DNA from: Negaprion brevirostris
Taxonomy: Eukaryota
DNA length: 64,000 nt
NCBI GenBank assembly: GCA_030324005.1
Contig: JARDVH010000193.1
Span: forward strand, 94,808,905 to 94,872,904
Reading direction: 5' to 3'
Shown here: positions 51,805 through 63,580 of the stretch, piece by piece
Layout of the letters: the number at the start of each line of letters is the position of its first letter
How positions within the stretch are numbered: the stretch's first letter is position 1
Position numbers and translations under genes: made by a program
The notes under the pieces: model-generated
The model's input: only the letters and a program-made list of their open reading frames with translations
What the model was told of the DNA's origin: nothing
Database searches by the model: none

Positions 51805-52526
51805 TATAATTAAAAATGATGCCTCCTGTCTTTGTTTTCAGATAGTGCTCCTTTAACAGTGTTTATCGAGGCTAGCCCAATACAGTCATGACTGGGGCTT
51901 AGTTTTGATATTTTTCTTTACCCTCTTGGATTTCCATTAAAAACATTCAAAGGAAGTATTCACAGGAAAGAAACAGCACGGATTAATCCTTCTGAATACC
52001 GAATCTCTTTTGGAGCTTGCACATTTGTTAACTACCAAAGATTATACTGGTCCTTCACATAGCGATGCGTAATATGAAGAAAGCAACTCTTGCACGTAGC
52101 ACTCAATGGATAGTACTATGGAAAGTCATGCAAGATGCACAGGGCTTCATTTTACAGGCCGAGATTAAAACTACCTTATCTGCTTAAGGGTATAATTCCT
52201 TTTTTCACTTTTGCGGATACAAATCTAAGAAAACACTCAGCAAGGATAATGAGGCAACACCTCTTGAAAAGAATTTCTTAACTTCATGTTAGTCATATGT
52301 TCTGCTACTATTCCTGTGCGCACTATCTCCTATCCATTGGTAATTATTCCTTTCTTGCCATTGCTTCCTCTCCCTGCATGTCTGCAGCTTCATGGAATTA
52401 CATTTATCATTTCTGTCTTTGCTTTTGTGAGAAATGAGGTGCCTTGTCTCCTTGCTGGGTTATAATTTTCATGGGTTCCAGTTACTCTCTGCATCACCCA
52501 AATCATCATTATACATCCTGTGACAA

Positions 52527-52742
52527 TAAGAACATAAGAAATAGGAGCAGGAGTAGGCCATCTAGNNNNNNNNNNNNNNNNNNNNNNNNNNNNNNNNNNN
52601 NNNNNNNNNNNNNNNNNNNNNNNNNNNNNNNNNNNNNNNNNNNNNNNNNNNNNNNNNNNNNNNNNTCTGTATAGCGCGCAAGAAACAATACTTTTCACTG
52701 TATGTTAATACATGTGACAATAATAAATCAAATCAAATCAAA
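52527..52742. mobile_element. CR1 tail (-) and Rex1-type tail (+) on either side of an N gap
   Basis: taagaacataagaaataggagcagg before the gap and catgtgacaataataaatcaaatcaaatcaaa after it. Confidence 0.75.
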
Positions 52743-52927
52743 GTAAAGACACTAGCCAATTTGCATAACATTGTGCTCCTGACCAAATCATCGGTTTTCG
52801 ATTGAGGGAGGAATGTTGGCCAGGACATATTGAAGGCTTTGTATAAAGACCAGCGAATGTTTCTCTATGGGTTCCATCAATGAGATATGTCCCCATTTAA
52901 TGGCAGCCACACACGTGTGAACTAAAA

Positions 52928-53298
52928 GGGAGGTGATGGCCTCGTGGTATCATCGCTAGACTATTAACCGAGGAACTCAACTAACATCCCAGGGACCTGG
53001 GTTCGAATCCTGCCACGGCAAATGGTGGAATTTGAATTCAAAATATAAATAAATTAAAATTAATTGAATGTTTAAAAATCTGGAATTAAGAATCCACTGA
53101 AACAATTGTTGAAAAAACCCATCTGATTCACTAATGCACTCGAGGGAAGGAAATCTGCTGTCCTTACCCGGTCTGGCCGATATGTGACTCCAGAAACACA
53201 GCAATGTGGTTGACTCTTAACTGCTCTCCAAGGTAACTAGGGATGGGCAATAGGTGCTGGTCAGCCAGCGACGCCCATATCCCACAAATAAATAAAAA
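52928..53298 (+). mobile_element. Full-length tRNA-derived SINE whose tail matches the CR1-group LINE
   Basis: A box (tggcctcgtggt), B box (ggttcgaatcc), and 3' end agggatgggcaata...ccagcgacgcccatatccca plus an A-rich tail. Confidence 0.8.
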
Positions 53299-54020
53299 CT
53301 GGAGCCTGTTTGAGCCTCTGACAGCTCCCTTTACAGTTCAGGAGAGAACGCTTTGCCCTGAATGCACAAATTACTCTCTGATAAGAGAAATGAAAGCGTG
53401 CCAGGTGGCTGGGTATAAATCTGGCACACTGAGGGTGGGGTAAACTGGTTGGCTGGGGATCATCACTGGGTTCAATTTGAATTCTCCTCCTGTCCTCTCC
53501 CTGCATGTACAAAACCAGTAGCCAACACTCCTGGTGAGTTGTAGGAATGGTTAGAAGATTTGAATGAGGGAATCTTCTCCATTGGAGCTAACCAAACTTC
53601 AACTTACAACCTGAGGCAACGCTTGCAATCTCACACGAGGAAGCTGCTGGGATGGAAAGATAAAGGGACAGGAGAATGGGCACTTGGCTGAGTAAACTCA
53701 TCTCCTTCTTGACTGATTACAGTCTTTACCACGTTGCTCAGTCACTCTCAAGATATCACTCATGCCAGCAGCACATTTAATTGCTTCCTGAACCTATTCA
53801 GATTGATGCGAGGCATCAGAGGGGTCCTTCGAGGCTGGAACATGGCAGCGACGCTGGGATGGAGAGGTTCAAAGTGTACCTTCCCCTTGTGCCTTGCTAG
53901 ATAAGCTGACCTGTTTAGAGGATGGACAATTGGACATCATTCATCTCACCAGAATTTTCAGAAAAATGTATAATTAGATTAATTATGAAAGTAAGTGCGT
54001 AGGTACAGCAGGCAATAAAG

Positions 54021-54320
54021 GGGCGGCACAGTGGCACAGTGGTTAGCACTGCTGCCTCACAGCACCAGGGACCCGGGTTCGATTCCCGGCTTGGGACACT
54101 GTCTGTGGGATCACTGTCAGTGCGGAATCTGCACGTTCTCCCCCTGTCTGCGTGGGTTTCCTCCCACAGTCCGAAAGACGTGCTGGTTAGGGTGCATCGG
54201 CCATGCTAAATTCTCCCTCAGTGCACCCGAATAGGCGCCGGAGTGTGGCGACTAGGGGAACTTCACAGTAACTCCATTGCGGTGTCAATTGTCAGCCTAA
54301 TCATGACACTAATAAATAAC
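54021..54320 (+). mobile_element. Young V-SINE with type B tail
   Basis: Intact head with CpGs preserved. Tail ends ...gacactaataaataa. Confidence 0.85.
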
Positions 54321-54934
54321 TTAAAACGAACTTCATAGGAGAGTTCAGGTTGGGAGATGAGAGGAACGACAAAGAGGGAAAAGGGAGAGGTAGAATTGAG
54401 AGAGGGGAAAAAGAAAAAAAGTTTGAAAGGGAAAGAAATGAGGAAGGAAAACCTCTCTTCAAAATATGTAAACATAACACTGGGAATCTGAGGTGAAAAT
54501 GTGGAATTAGAAGCAGTAATCTGCCTTTTCTGCTTCAGAGACTGATGGGCCAGGCAAGCAGGCCGAAACCCTACTACAATTACGTGCCACGGAACCGGAC
54601 CGGGCGAGGTTGGTGGAGCAGAAATCTCTGTCGGCCTCGGGTGGGATTTTGCGATCCCGCCCACACGAGGCCGTAACATCCCAGCCCTAATTTCCATTTC
54701 CTTTCTATTCCTCCTTTTCTTTTACTTCTGCGTCTCCCTTTGAACATGTCAGGTTAGGTGACACTAAAGGTGGCATTCAAGCCAGACAGAGCCTGAGGAT
54801 GGGCAGCCCCTCTGGAAGAGTGATCGTAAGAGGCAGCGTTCGAGGAAAGCACTCCATCTTATTCCGTGTGAGGTACAGCTGCTCCCGCAATCCAGCCAGC
54901 AGATAAGTGCATCGGCAATGATGGATACCGAGGG

Positions 54935-55080
54935 AAAAAGGAACTGGCATTTACGTAGCACCTACTGTGACTGCAGGATTGCCTCAAAGCGGACAATGCC
55001 CCCAGCCTATGAAGTCCAGTCAATTGTTGTAAAGGAGGAAAGTGGCAACCAATCTGTACACTGCAAGACCCCACAAAGAA
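54935..55080 (-). mobile_element. Decayed DeuSINE (SacSINE1-like) 3' fragment (another at ~52745-52835)
   Basis: Resembles the recalled SacSINE1 3' region (ttgcatttatatagcgcc...gcagccaatttgcgcacagcaag). Confidence 0.45.
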
Positions 55081-55088
55081 GAAAGTCA

Positions 55089-55636
55089 TTAGCACTACTG
55101 CCTCACAGCACCGTGGACCCGGGTTCAATTCCAGCCTCGGTTGACAGTCTGTGAGGACTTTGCACCTCCATAAAATCCCCACAGTGCAGAAGGAGGCCAT
55201 TCAGCCCATCGAGCCTGCACCGATTACAATCCCACCCCCCCAGGCCCTATCCCCGTAACCCCATGCATTTACCCTGATACTAAAGGTTAATTCAGCGTGG
55301 CCAATCAACCTAACATCTTTGCACTCTGAGAGGAAACTGGAGGACCCAGAGAAAACCCACGCAGGCATGGGGAGAATGTGCAAACCACACCCCTTCTCCC
55401 AATCTCTGCATTGGTTTCCCCCGGGTGCTCTGGTTTCCTCCCACAGTCCAAAGATGTGTGGGTTAGATTGATTGGCTATGCTAAAATTGCTCCTTTGTGT
55501 CCTGAGATGCGTAGTTTAGAGGGATTAGTGGGTAAATATGTAGGGATATGTCGGTAGGGCCTGAGTGGGATTGTGTTTGGTGCAGACTCGATGGGCCAAA
55601 TGGCCTCTTTTTGCACTGTAGGGTTTCTATGATTCT
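55089..55636 (+). mobile_element. V-SINE interrupted by an inverted V-SINE (55168-55390, -)
   Basis: The outer copy breaks after ...tttgcac and resumes at cttctccc... Confidence 0.8.
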
Positions 55637-56214
55637 ACCTCAAATATCCAATATTCTGGTTTAAAAAAAAGTTAACTCAAAAGACCAGAGATCTGATGGT
55701 GAGCTTTTCTGATCTGTTCAATTAAGCTGCTGGTGAGGTGATAATACCTGATTTATGCTTGGGCTAACAACATTGGACTTATAGTAGAAATGCTACAATT
55801 AGCTGTGGCACTGTCTGGCTCAAGTGGAAAAAAAAATTTCATGATTTTAGTCCATTGACTTCATGTTTTCTGCATGCAGGCATCTCATGAATTTAGGAAT
55901 TGGTCTTGATTGTAATTCATGATGGTTGAACAGCCTGAATGCACTCTCTTTGGAGACTTCCACAAGTGCTGGAACTTGGTGCGGTAGCAAAAGGCAGGCA
56001 ACATCCATCTGCTTTCCTGGCTAGAGTCTGGTCACAAACAACTACTGTTAATGCCACTGGATCCCAACTGATGGGTTTTACAAAATTGATAGCAATACCA
56101 AAATTTGCTGACACCAGGCTGCAGGAAGACTCTATGACACAGAAGGGCTTTCTGAACCACAGAACTTATTATCTAGTCCTTAGTTTCTATCACCCAGAGA
56201 AAGGAAATAATTGA

Positions 56215-56400
56215 GGCCAAAACACTGAATGTTTTCAAGAAGCAAGTAGATCTAGCACTTGAGGCGAAGGGGATCAAAGGATATGGTGGGGGAATGTGGG
56301 ATCGGGCTATTGAGTTGGATGATCAGCTACGATGGTAATGAATAGTAGAGCAGGCTAGAAGGTCTCAATGGCCTCCCCCGCTCCTATTTTCAATGTTCCT
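56215..56400 (+). mobile_element. CR1 3' tail
   Basis: ggggatcaaaggatatgg...aatggcctcccccgctcctattttcaatgtt. Confidence 0.7.
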
Positions 56401-56721
56401 GGATAAAAATAGATAGGAACCATGCGAAACAGAAAAGATTTGAAAAGCTATGTAAAAATGTTTGTGTTGAATATGAACTACTCAATTGCAAACATTCCCA
56501 TACCATGCATTTCCGCAGGTAGGGTTCTCATTTCAAGCATCAGTATAATTCCTAAAACAACTAAGGGTTGGATAGCAATAGTTAGCTGCTTGTATGCGCT
56601 TGTGTGGATGAGTGCATCGCCTCCTCTCAATCCATTCCTTAACTAATACCATGCTTTCAATTAAAGGTTTACATAGAAAATTATGGGAAATTACATACGT
56701 CCATTGTAGTGTTGAACAGTG

Positions 56722-57016
56722 CATCACTGTCTGTGTGGAGTCTGCACATTCTCCCCGTGTCCGTGTGAGTTTCCTCCCACACTCCAAAGATGTGTGAGGT
56801 AGGTGAATTAACCATGCTAAATTGTCCCTTTGTGCACAAAGATGTGTAGATTAGTTGGATTGGCCATGCTAAATTGATCCTAATGTCAGGTGGATTGGTG
56901 GGGTAAATGTGTGGAGTTACAGGAATAGGGAATAGGACCTGGGTGGGATTGTGTTCAGTACAGACCTGAAGGGCTGAATGGCCTCCTTTTGTATTGTAGG
57001 GATTCTATGGATTCTA
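56722..57016 (+). mobile_element. 5'-truncated V-SINE with an internal duplication
   Basis: The aaagatgtgt...ccatgctaaattg block occurs twice. Confidence 0.8.
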
Positions 57017-57771
57017 ATACATGTATCATCTTTTGAAAATATTAGCCATTGGTGCTATAATGTGAGGGTTTATTGGTACTGATTTTTTTTTACATTGAGG
57101 AGCCATCACACATGTAAGATATGATTCATTGTAAAAGGTTAAACTATATAGTGGATCTTATATCCATTTTCTACTCTTTTTGTCCCTTTTAGACGCAAAA
57201 GTAATTGTCTGGGATCTTACTGCCATGATCAACTTTTATGTGTGAGCCTCAAAAATGATAGTTTTTAAGCTATTTCACTGAGTGCTGAAGGAGTATTTGT
57301 ACACTGATAATTAGCCCTCATTAAACATTCACACTTTGCAGCAGAACTTCCAGCATTTCAATTGGAAAGATATGGCTAAGGGGTAACCTAATAGAGGTCT
57401 TTAAAATTATGAAATGCATTTTCACTTGTAGGAAATAACAAGAATAAAGGCCTTTAATATAAGATAATCATCAAGAAATCAATTAGGGAATTCAAGGAAA
57501 CCTCTTTACACAGGGAATACTGAGAATATGGAACTCAGAGTGGAATTGAATCAAATAGTATAGGTGTGTTTGTGGGGGGAGCTAAATAAGCATATGGGGG
57601 AGAAGGCAATAGTAATTTATGCTGATGGGATTAGATGTGGAAGGATGGGATGAAGCTCAATTTGAGAACAAGTGCTGTCATGTTGCCAGGCTGAGCCAAA
57701 TGGTCTGTTTCCGTGCATTCTCTGTAATTGCAGTTAAAACACTGGCTACTTATTTTATCACCTTATCTCCA

Positions 57772-58115
57772 GGGCAGCACGGTGGCACAGTGTTAGCACT
57801 GCTGCTTCACAGTTCCAAGGACTTGTGTTTGATTCCCTACTCAGGTCACTGTCCATGTTGAGTTTGCACGTTTTCCCTGTTATCCACGTGGGTTCCCTTC
57901 AAGTGCTGCAGTCTCCTCCCACTGTCCAAAGATGTGCCGGTTAGGCTGATTGGCCATGCTAAATTGCCCCTTAGCGTCCTGGGATGCTTAGGTTAGAGGG
58001 AGTAGCAGGGTAAATATGTGAGGTTACAGGGTTAGGGCTTGGGTGGGATTATTGTTGGTGCAGGCTCAATGGGCTGAATGGCCTCCTTCTGCACTGTAGG
58101 TTTCTATGGTTTCTA
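57772..58115 (+). mobile_element. Full-length V-SINE with CR1-type tail
   Basis: Head, core and tail are present. Confidence 0.85.
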
Positions 58116-58999
58116 ATCTTGGAACCTAAGGCTAATTCTGGGAGCCCAAAATTGCTTTAATTGAGAATGGCAAAGTCAGTCAAATTGAACTTGCATAGTT
58201 CATAACCAACCATGTGGTGATTTTACTAACTAGGTAATTGTACTGTTGCTTTTTGCCACCATGCTCATTCATAGTTAGCACTTAATGACTAAAATGAACA
58301 TTTTATTCATTGTTTTTGAATGGAAGAGAAAATCTCATTTTGCAAAAATTGATAAAGTGCAAAGAAGTGGGATTGTCAGACTTTCATCAGCCTAAAGAAT
58401 GTAATCAAACAACAATATTCCATGTAGGAGTTACTTTGAGAAAGGATCTGAAGGAACTTCCCTTTGTTAAAGAAAAGGAGGCTGTGTTGTGAATAATTTT
58501 CTCCACTGCTGAAGTATTGAAATGAGACTAGTTCTGTCAGCAGCTGTTACCTCAGCTGTCTCCTGCTTTACTGAGTTAATTCCATGCCCAGCTTCTCCTG
58601 CCAGGTGGATGAATTATGTATTAAGATTTAAATTGTGCTGATCTACTACTTGAAGAGAGCACAAACAATATTGCTATTATGTAGACAATTTGCTGACCTG
58701 TCAAAGATGGGTTAGAGGAACCCTTAAAATTCAATTAATTTTTTTTTTGCATTGCTTGCATGTGTTAATATTTTGCTGTGAAACTGAATCATTATTCTTG
58801 CCCCTTTGAAGGTGGTAATTTTTCATCAAAATGTCCATTCTGCACATAGAAGTTTAAACTTGAATGTCATTAGGCTATTTAATCATGGGAGACATTTGAG
58901 CTGAGCTACATTTTGCACAACTAGCAGCTTCCAACGCAATGGAATACAGTTATAATTGTTGGAGGATAATCATCTCACGCCAAATCATAACTGAAAAGT

Positions 59000-59940
59000 T
59001 CATCGTGGCTATGTTCTTGGCCCAGCCATCTTCAGCTATTTCATCAATTATAGGGCCAGAAGTGGGGATGTTAACTAATGATTATATAACGTTTGGTATT
59101 ACTTGCAACTCATCAGATACTGAAGCAGTGCAAGCGCAAGTGCAGCAAGACCTCTATAATGTTTAGACTTGAGTTGATAAGAGGCAAATAATGCAACAAA
59201 TGCCAGGTAATAGCAATCTCCAATAAAAGCTGATTTAAACCTCAAGTCTCCTTGATGTTTAAGGGCATTACCACTCCTAAAACCCCACCATCAACACCCT
59301 GCAGGTTACCATTAATCAGAAATCTAACTGGACTGGTTCAGTTATATAAATACTGTGGTTACTAGAGCAGGTCAAGGGTTGGGAATTCTTCAGCAAGTAA
59401 CACACCTCCTAACTCCCTCAAGTATGTAGAGCATCTATAAAGATCAAGTTAGGATTGTGGTGGAATACTGTCTGCTTTCTTTTGTATGCAGCTTCAACAG
59501 CATTCATGAAGCTGCAATATCGAGCACAAAGCAGCCCATTTGATCCACACCACATCTATCACCTTATGTATTCAGTCCCTCGTCCACTGATTTGCAGTAG
59601 CATCAGTGTGCACAGTTTTCAAGATACACAACAGCAACTTGATGAGTATCTTTTGGTAGTACCTTCAAAACTCTTGATCTCTACCAATTAGAAGGACAAG
59701 GACAGCAAACTCATTGGATGGCCACCATTTGCAAGTTCCTCTCAAAGCCACACACCATCTTGACTTGGAACTTTATCTCTGTTTCTCCACCATTGCTGGA
59801 TCAAAATCCTGAAATTATTTCTATACCTACACTAGATGGACTGCTGTGGTTCAAGAAGATGGGCTCACTACCAACTTCTCAAGAGCAATTAGAGATGGGT
59901 AACAAAAGCTAGCCTTGCAAGAGACACAGGAATGAATCTA
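59000..59940 (+). mobile_element. CR1-group LINE 3' fragment
   Basis: ORF reads AQPSSAISS...EVGMLTND...EAVQAQVQQDL. Shares its tail with the 52928 SINE. Confidence 0.75.
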
Positions 59941-60119
59941 ACAAAACATTTCTCACGTATATGGTGCTAAATATTGCTGGAATCAATTACTTTGAAATTA
60001 AGCTACCTCCAAATGACTATAGCACTGGGGCATTAACTGGAGCACTTCTCACAAAATACAAAGGTCATAATTAATGATCTAAAATACAATTTATGTTTTT
60101 CCCCACAAATTGTCTCTTG

Positions 60120-60288
60120 TTTCTGTCGTTCAACATTGCAACAAAGTTGCTGAGAAAATCTTGTTGCCACACTCCGGCTCCTGTTTGAGCACACCGAGGG
60201 AAAATTTAGCTTGGCCAGTGTGCCCACCCAGTATATTTTTTGGACTGTGGGAGGAAACCGGAGCACTAGGAGGAAACCCACACAGACC
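60120..60288 (-). mobile_element. V-SINE type B, truncated by a gap
   Basis: Reverse complement of the type B tail and core. Confidence 0.75.
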
Positions 60289-61092
60289 NNNNNNNNNNNN
60301 NNNNNNNNNNNNNNNNNNNNNNNNNNNNNNNNNNNNNNNNNNNNNNNNNNNNNNNNNNNNNNNNNNNNNNNNNNNNNNNNNNNNNNNNNNNNNNNNNNNN
60401 NNNNNNNNNNNNNNNNNNNNNNNNNNNNNNNNNNNNNNNNNNNNNNNNNNNNNNNNNNNNNNNNNNNNNNNNNNNNNNNNNNNNNNNNNNNNNNNNNNNN
60501 NNNNNNNNNNNNNNNNNNNNNNNNNNNNNNNNNNNNNNNNNNNNNNNNNNNNNNNNNNNNNNNNNNNNNNNNNNNNNNNNNNNNNNNNNNNNNNNNNNNN
60601 NNNNNNNNNNNNNNNNNNNNNNNNNNNNNNNNNNNNNNNNNNNNNNNNNNNNNNNNNNNNNNNNNNNNNNNNNNNNNNNNNNNNNNNNNNNNNNNNNNNN
60701 NNNNNNNNNNNNNNNNNNNNNNNNNNNNNNNNNNNNNNNNNNNNNNNNNNNNNNNNNNNNNNNNNNNNNNNNNNNNNNNNNNNNNNGTTCTTATTATATC
60801 TGCCCATTCCGTCAGTCTGCCTGTGTCTTCTCGAAATCCCACTGTCTTTCTCACGGTTCACATATTTGCAAGTTTTGTATCACGTGTAAATTTTTGAGTT
60901 AGTGCCCTGTGCACCCAGTCTAAGTCATTAATATAGATCAAGAGAAGCAGTGGCCCTGATACTGAGCCCTGGACAGCCCCAGTGCACACTTACCATCTGT
61001 CTGAAAAGTAACACTACTCTGTTTCTCGTACTCAGCCACCCTCATATGCACATTGTCACCGTCCTTTTTATTCCATGTTATAAGTTATAAAA

Positions 61093-61508
61093 TTTATTTA
61101 TTAGTGTCGCAGGTAGGCTTACATTAACACTGCAATGAAGTTACTGTGAAAATCCCCTAGTCTCCACATTCCAGCACCTGTTTGGGTACACTGAGGGAGA
61201 ATTTAGCTTGGTCAATGCACCTAACCAGCAAATCTTTTGGACGGTGGGAGGAAACCAGAGCACCCACACAGACACGGGGAGAACATTGCATTAAGTTGAT
61301 CTTTCTCAACATCCTGGCTATAACACTACATTCTGTAATCTCTTGTTTGCTTCTCTATGAATGTGTATAACGCACAAGAAACAATATTTTTGTTAATACA
61401 TGTGACAATAATAAATCAAATCAGACTCCGCACAAACAGTGACCCAAGCTAGGCATCAAACCCAGGTCCCTGGTGCTGTGAAGCAGCAGTGCTATCCATT
61501 GTGTCACC
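61093..61508 (-). mobile_element. V-SINE type B interrupted by a Rex1-type 3' tail (61291-61421, +)
   Basis: The SINE halves flank an insert ending catgtgacaataataaatcaaat. Confidence 0.8.
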
Positions 61509-62398
61509 AGTAGCTCTCAGTCTTAGATTCCTAGTCAGTAGAAATAATTTACCTCTTTCCATCATATTTGTTCTCCCTGATATCGCAAAGGCTTCAATCA
61601 GATCACTCATGAACTGTCTAAATTCCAGCTAATACAACCTTAATTTGTGTGATCTCTCCTTGTAACTTAACCCTTGGATGTTGATTCTAGTAAATCAATG
61701 CTTCATTCCTTCCTAGGCCACTATTTCCTTACTAAGAGTCCAGAAATGCAAAACCAAGGTTGTATGTAACAAACAAAATTTCCATTCCCTTAGACTGTCA
61801 TCCTTATATGAAGGCCAGCATTCTATTAGTCTTTTTACGTTATCTTTTAGTACCTGATCATGATATTTTAATGATCTTGGATTTGCACCTCTAAGATTTT
61901 TTGGGCCTCCACTGATGCTACCTTTCATCAGTTCTTTTGGGTTCAAAGTGGATGACCTTGCATTTGCTGCCATCAAAATCCATTGGCCACAGTTGTGCCG
62001 ATTTAAACAATATGTGGATATATCTGAAATATAATGCCTAGATCCACATTGCTTACAATGCTGTCTGTCTTTATATCAGCAATTTTATATATGTGGCTTT
62101 CCATCCTATTTTCAAATAATTGTAAATAAATTTGGTGAACATTTGGGCCCCAAACAGGATTACTGTGAGACACTGTTAATTACATCCTGACAATTATAAA
62201 ACCTGCTCAACTTTAGCGAAGAGTCTCTTATCAAGGATTTTATCAATGCTTTACATAATTCTATATAAATAGCATCCATTGAAATTCCCCTGTCCACTTC
62301 TTCGAAACCCCTTCAAAAATCTCAATCAAGTTTGTCAGGCATGACATACCCTTTACAAATCCATGCTGCTCTGTCTGAGCAGTTGAAAATGTCCAAGG

Positions 62399-62793
62399 TT
62401 TTTTTTGTACCTTTCAGTAGTTTAATTCTAACCAATAAAACCAATTCAAATTATGCCCAATCATGCTTCCCACATGAAGGACAAACCAGATCCAAGCTGA
62501 CAATACAAGATTTTGTATCTTATCTTGTGCTTTCTCAAACAAGATCCAACTGGCAGGATGAGACATTGCACCCCCTCCCGGGCCTGATCTAACACTTCAT
62601 CTTAGCCAAAAGGGCGAGATGGCTTTGAAAAATTGCATCAGGTAACTGCCTTGGTTTAAACTGATTAGCTACCCTGATCCTTTACTCTACCTTAGCCTGG
62701 GCAAATCACCACTGCAGGCATCAGCACACACCAAGTGCAATGAGCTAGCCTTGTCACCTGCCTGATCATGGTTTCCCACTACAAGGTAAGTAT
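62399..62793 (-). mobile_element. Composite U1 + U2 snRNA-derived retroposed element (SINEU-like)
   Basis: The minus strand starts ATACTTACCTTGTAGTGGGAAACCATGATCAGGCAGGTG...CATTGCACTTGGTGTGTGCTGATGCCTGC (U1-like, 62793-~62697). After a ~75-nt linker it reads TCTCGCCCTTTTGGCTAAGATGAAGTGTTAG (U2 5' end, 62619-62589), then a U2-like body and a short A tail. CR1 sequence resumes on both sides. Confidence 0.75.
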
Positions 62794-63404
62794 TTAGTCA
62801 CTCTATCATTAATTATAAACTTTAGCAATTTCTCTACATTAGATGTTAGGCTACTTGATCTATGACGCCCTGTTTTCCCTCTTTCACCTTACTTAAATAG
62901 CAGAGCAATGTGTGTCATTTTCCAATCTAAAGGAAAAAATCAAGAGAAATTTGGTAGTTTATGGTTTGGGCATCTGCAATGTTCTTAGCTATTTCTTTTA
63001 AAATTTGCCCTTGGATTTATCCTTTGTTAGTCCTGTTACTATATAATTAGTTTGCATTTGGCACCCCTGTCCCTGATACAATATTTCTTTCCTGGGATGT
63101 CCAGCGTGCTGACTTCTTCCTCCACTATAAATGCAAACGCAAAGTAATTGTTCAACATATATGCCATTTTCTTGACAATATAACTGTTCTCAGTTTCCAA
63201 GGCAGTCACACTGATCCTGACCACACTGGTTTCACTAATGTACTTGTAATTATATTTTTGGTGCGTCTTCATGTTCAAAACAAGTGAGTCAGAGACAGAA
63301 ATTAGGCTTTCCTTTTCAGACTAGCCCCACTGTTCCAGAATCCCATCAGTAGGACTGCTTAAAACTTTAGTCTTGTTGAGAGTGTTTTCAACAGCTGGGC
63401 GGTT

Positions 63405-63580
63405 GAAAGACCATAAGGCTTGGGAGCATGAGTAGGACATTAGGTCCCTCAAGTCTGTCGCCATTCCATGAGATCATGACTGATTTGATGTGATAATCCT
63501 CAACACCACTTTCCTGTCTTATTCCCATAACTCTCAATTTCCTTACTCATTAAAAACCCATCTCAGCCTTGAACACGCTT
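63405..63580 (-). mobile_element. CR1 3' tail
   Basis: ccataaggcttgggagcatgagtaggacatt...ccattccatgagatcatg. Confidence 0.65.

Larger units (their letters stand above)
60788..63240 (-). mobile_element. Decayed CR1 LINE fragments hosting nested insertions
   Basis: RT remnants (tttgtcaggcatgac, gatactgagccctggacagcccc) and ORF 63039..63278 (MAYMLNNYFAFAF). Confidence 0.7.

Noticed and set aside
60033-60897. Longest ORFs in the track (228-273 aa)
   Set aside because: They consist mostly of a ~500-N gap and are artefacts.
62589-62793. Functional U1 or U2 snRNA genes
   Set aside because: Both parts are truncated or rearranged and divergent, U1 lacks its Sm site, and the flanks are CR1 sequence rather than snRNA promoter or 3'-box context.
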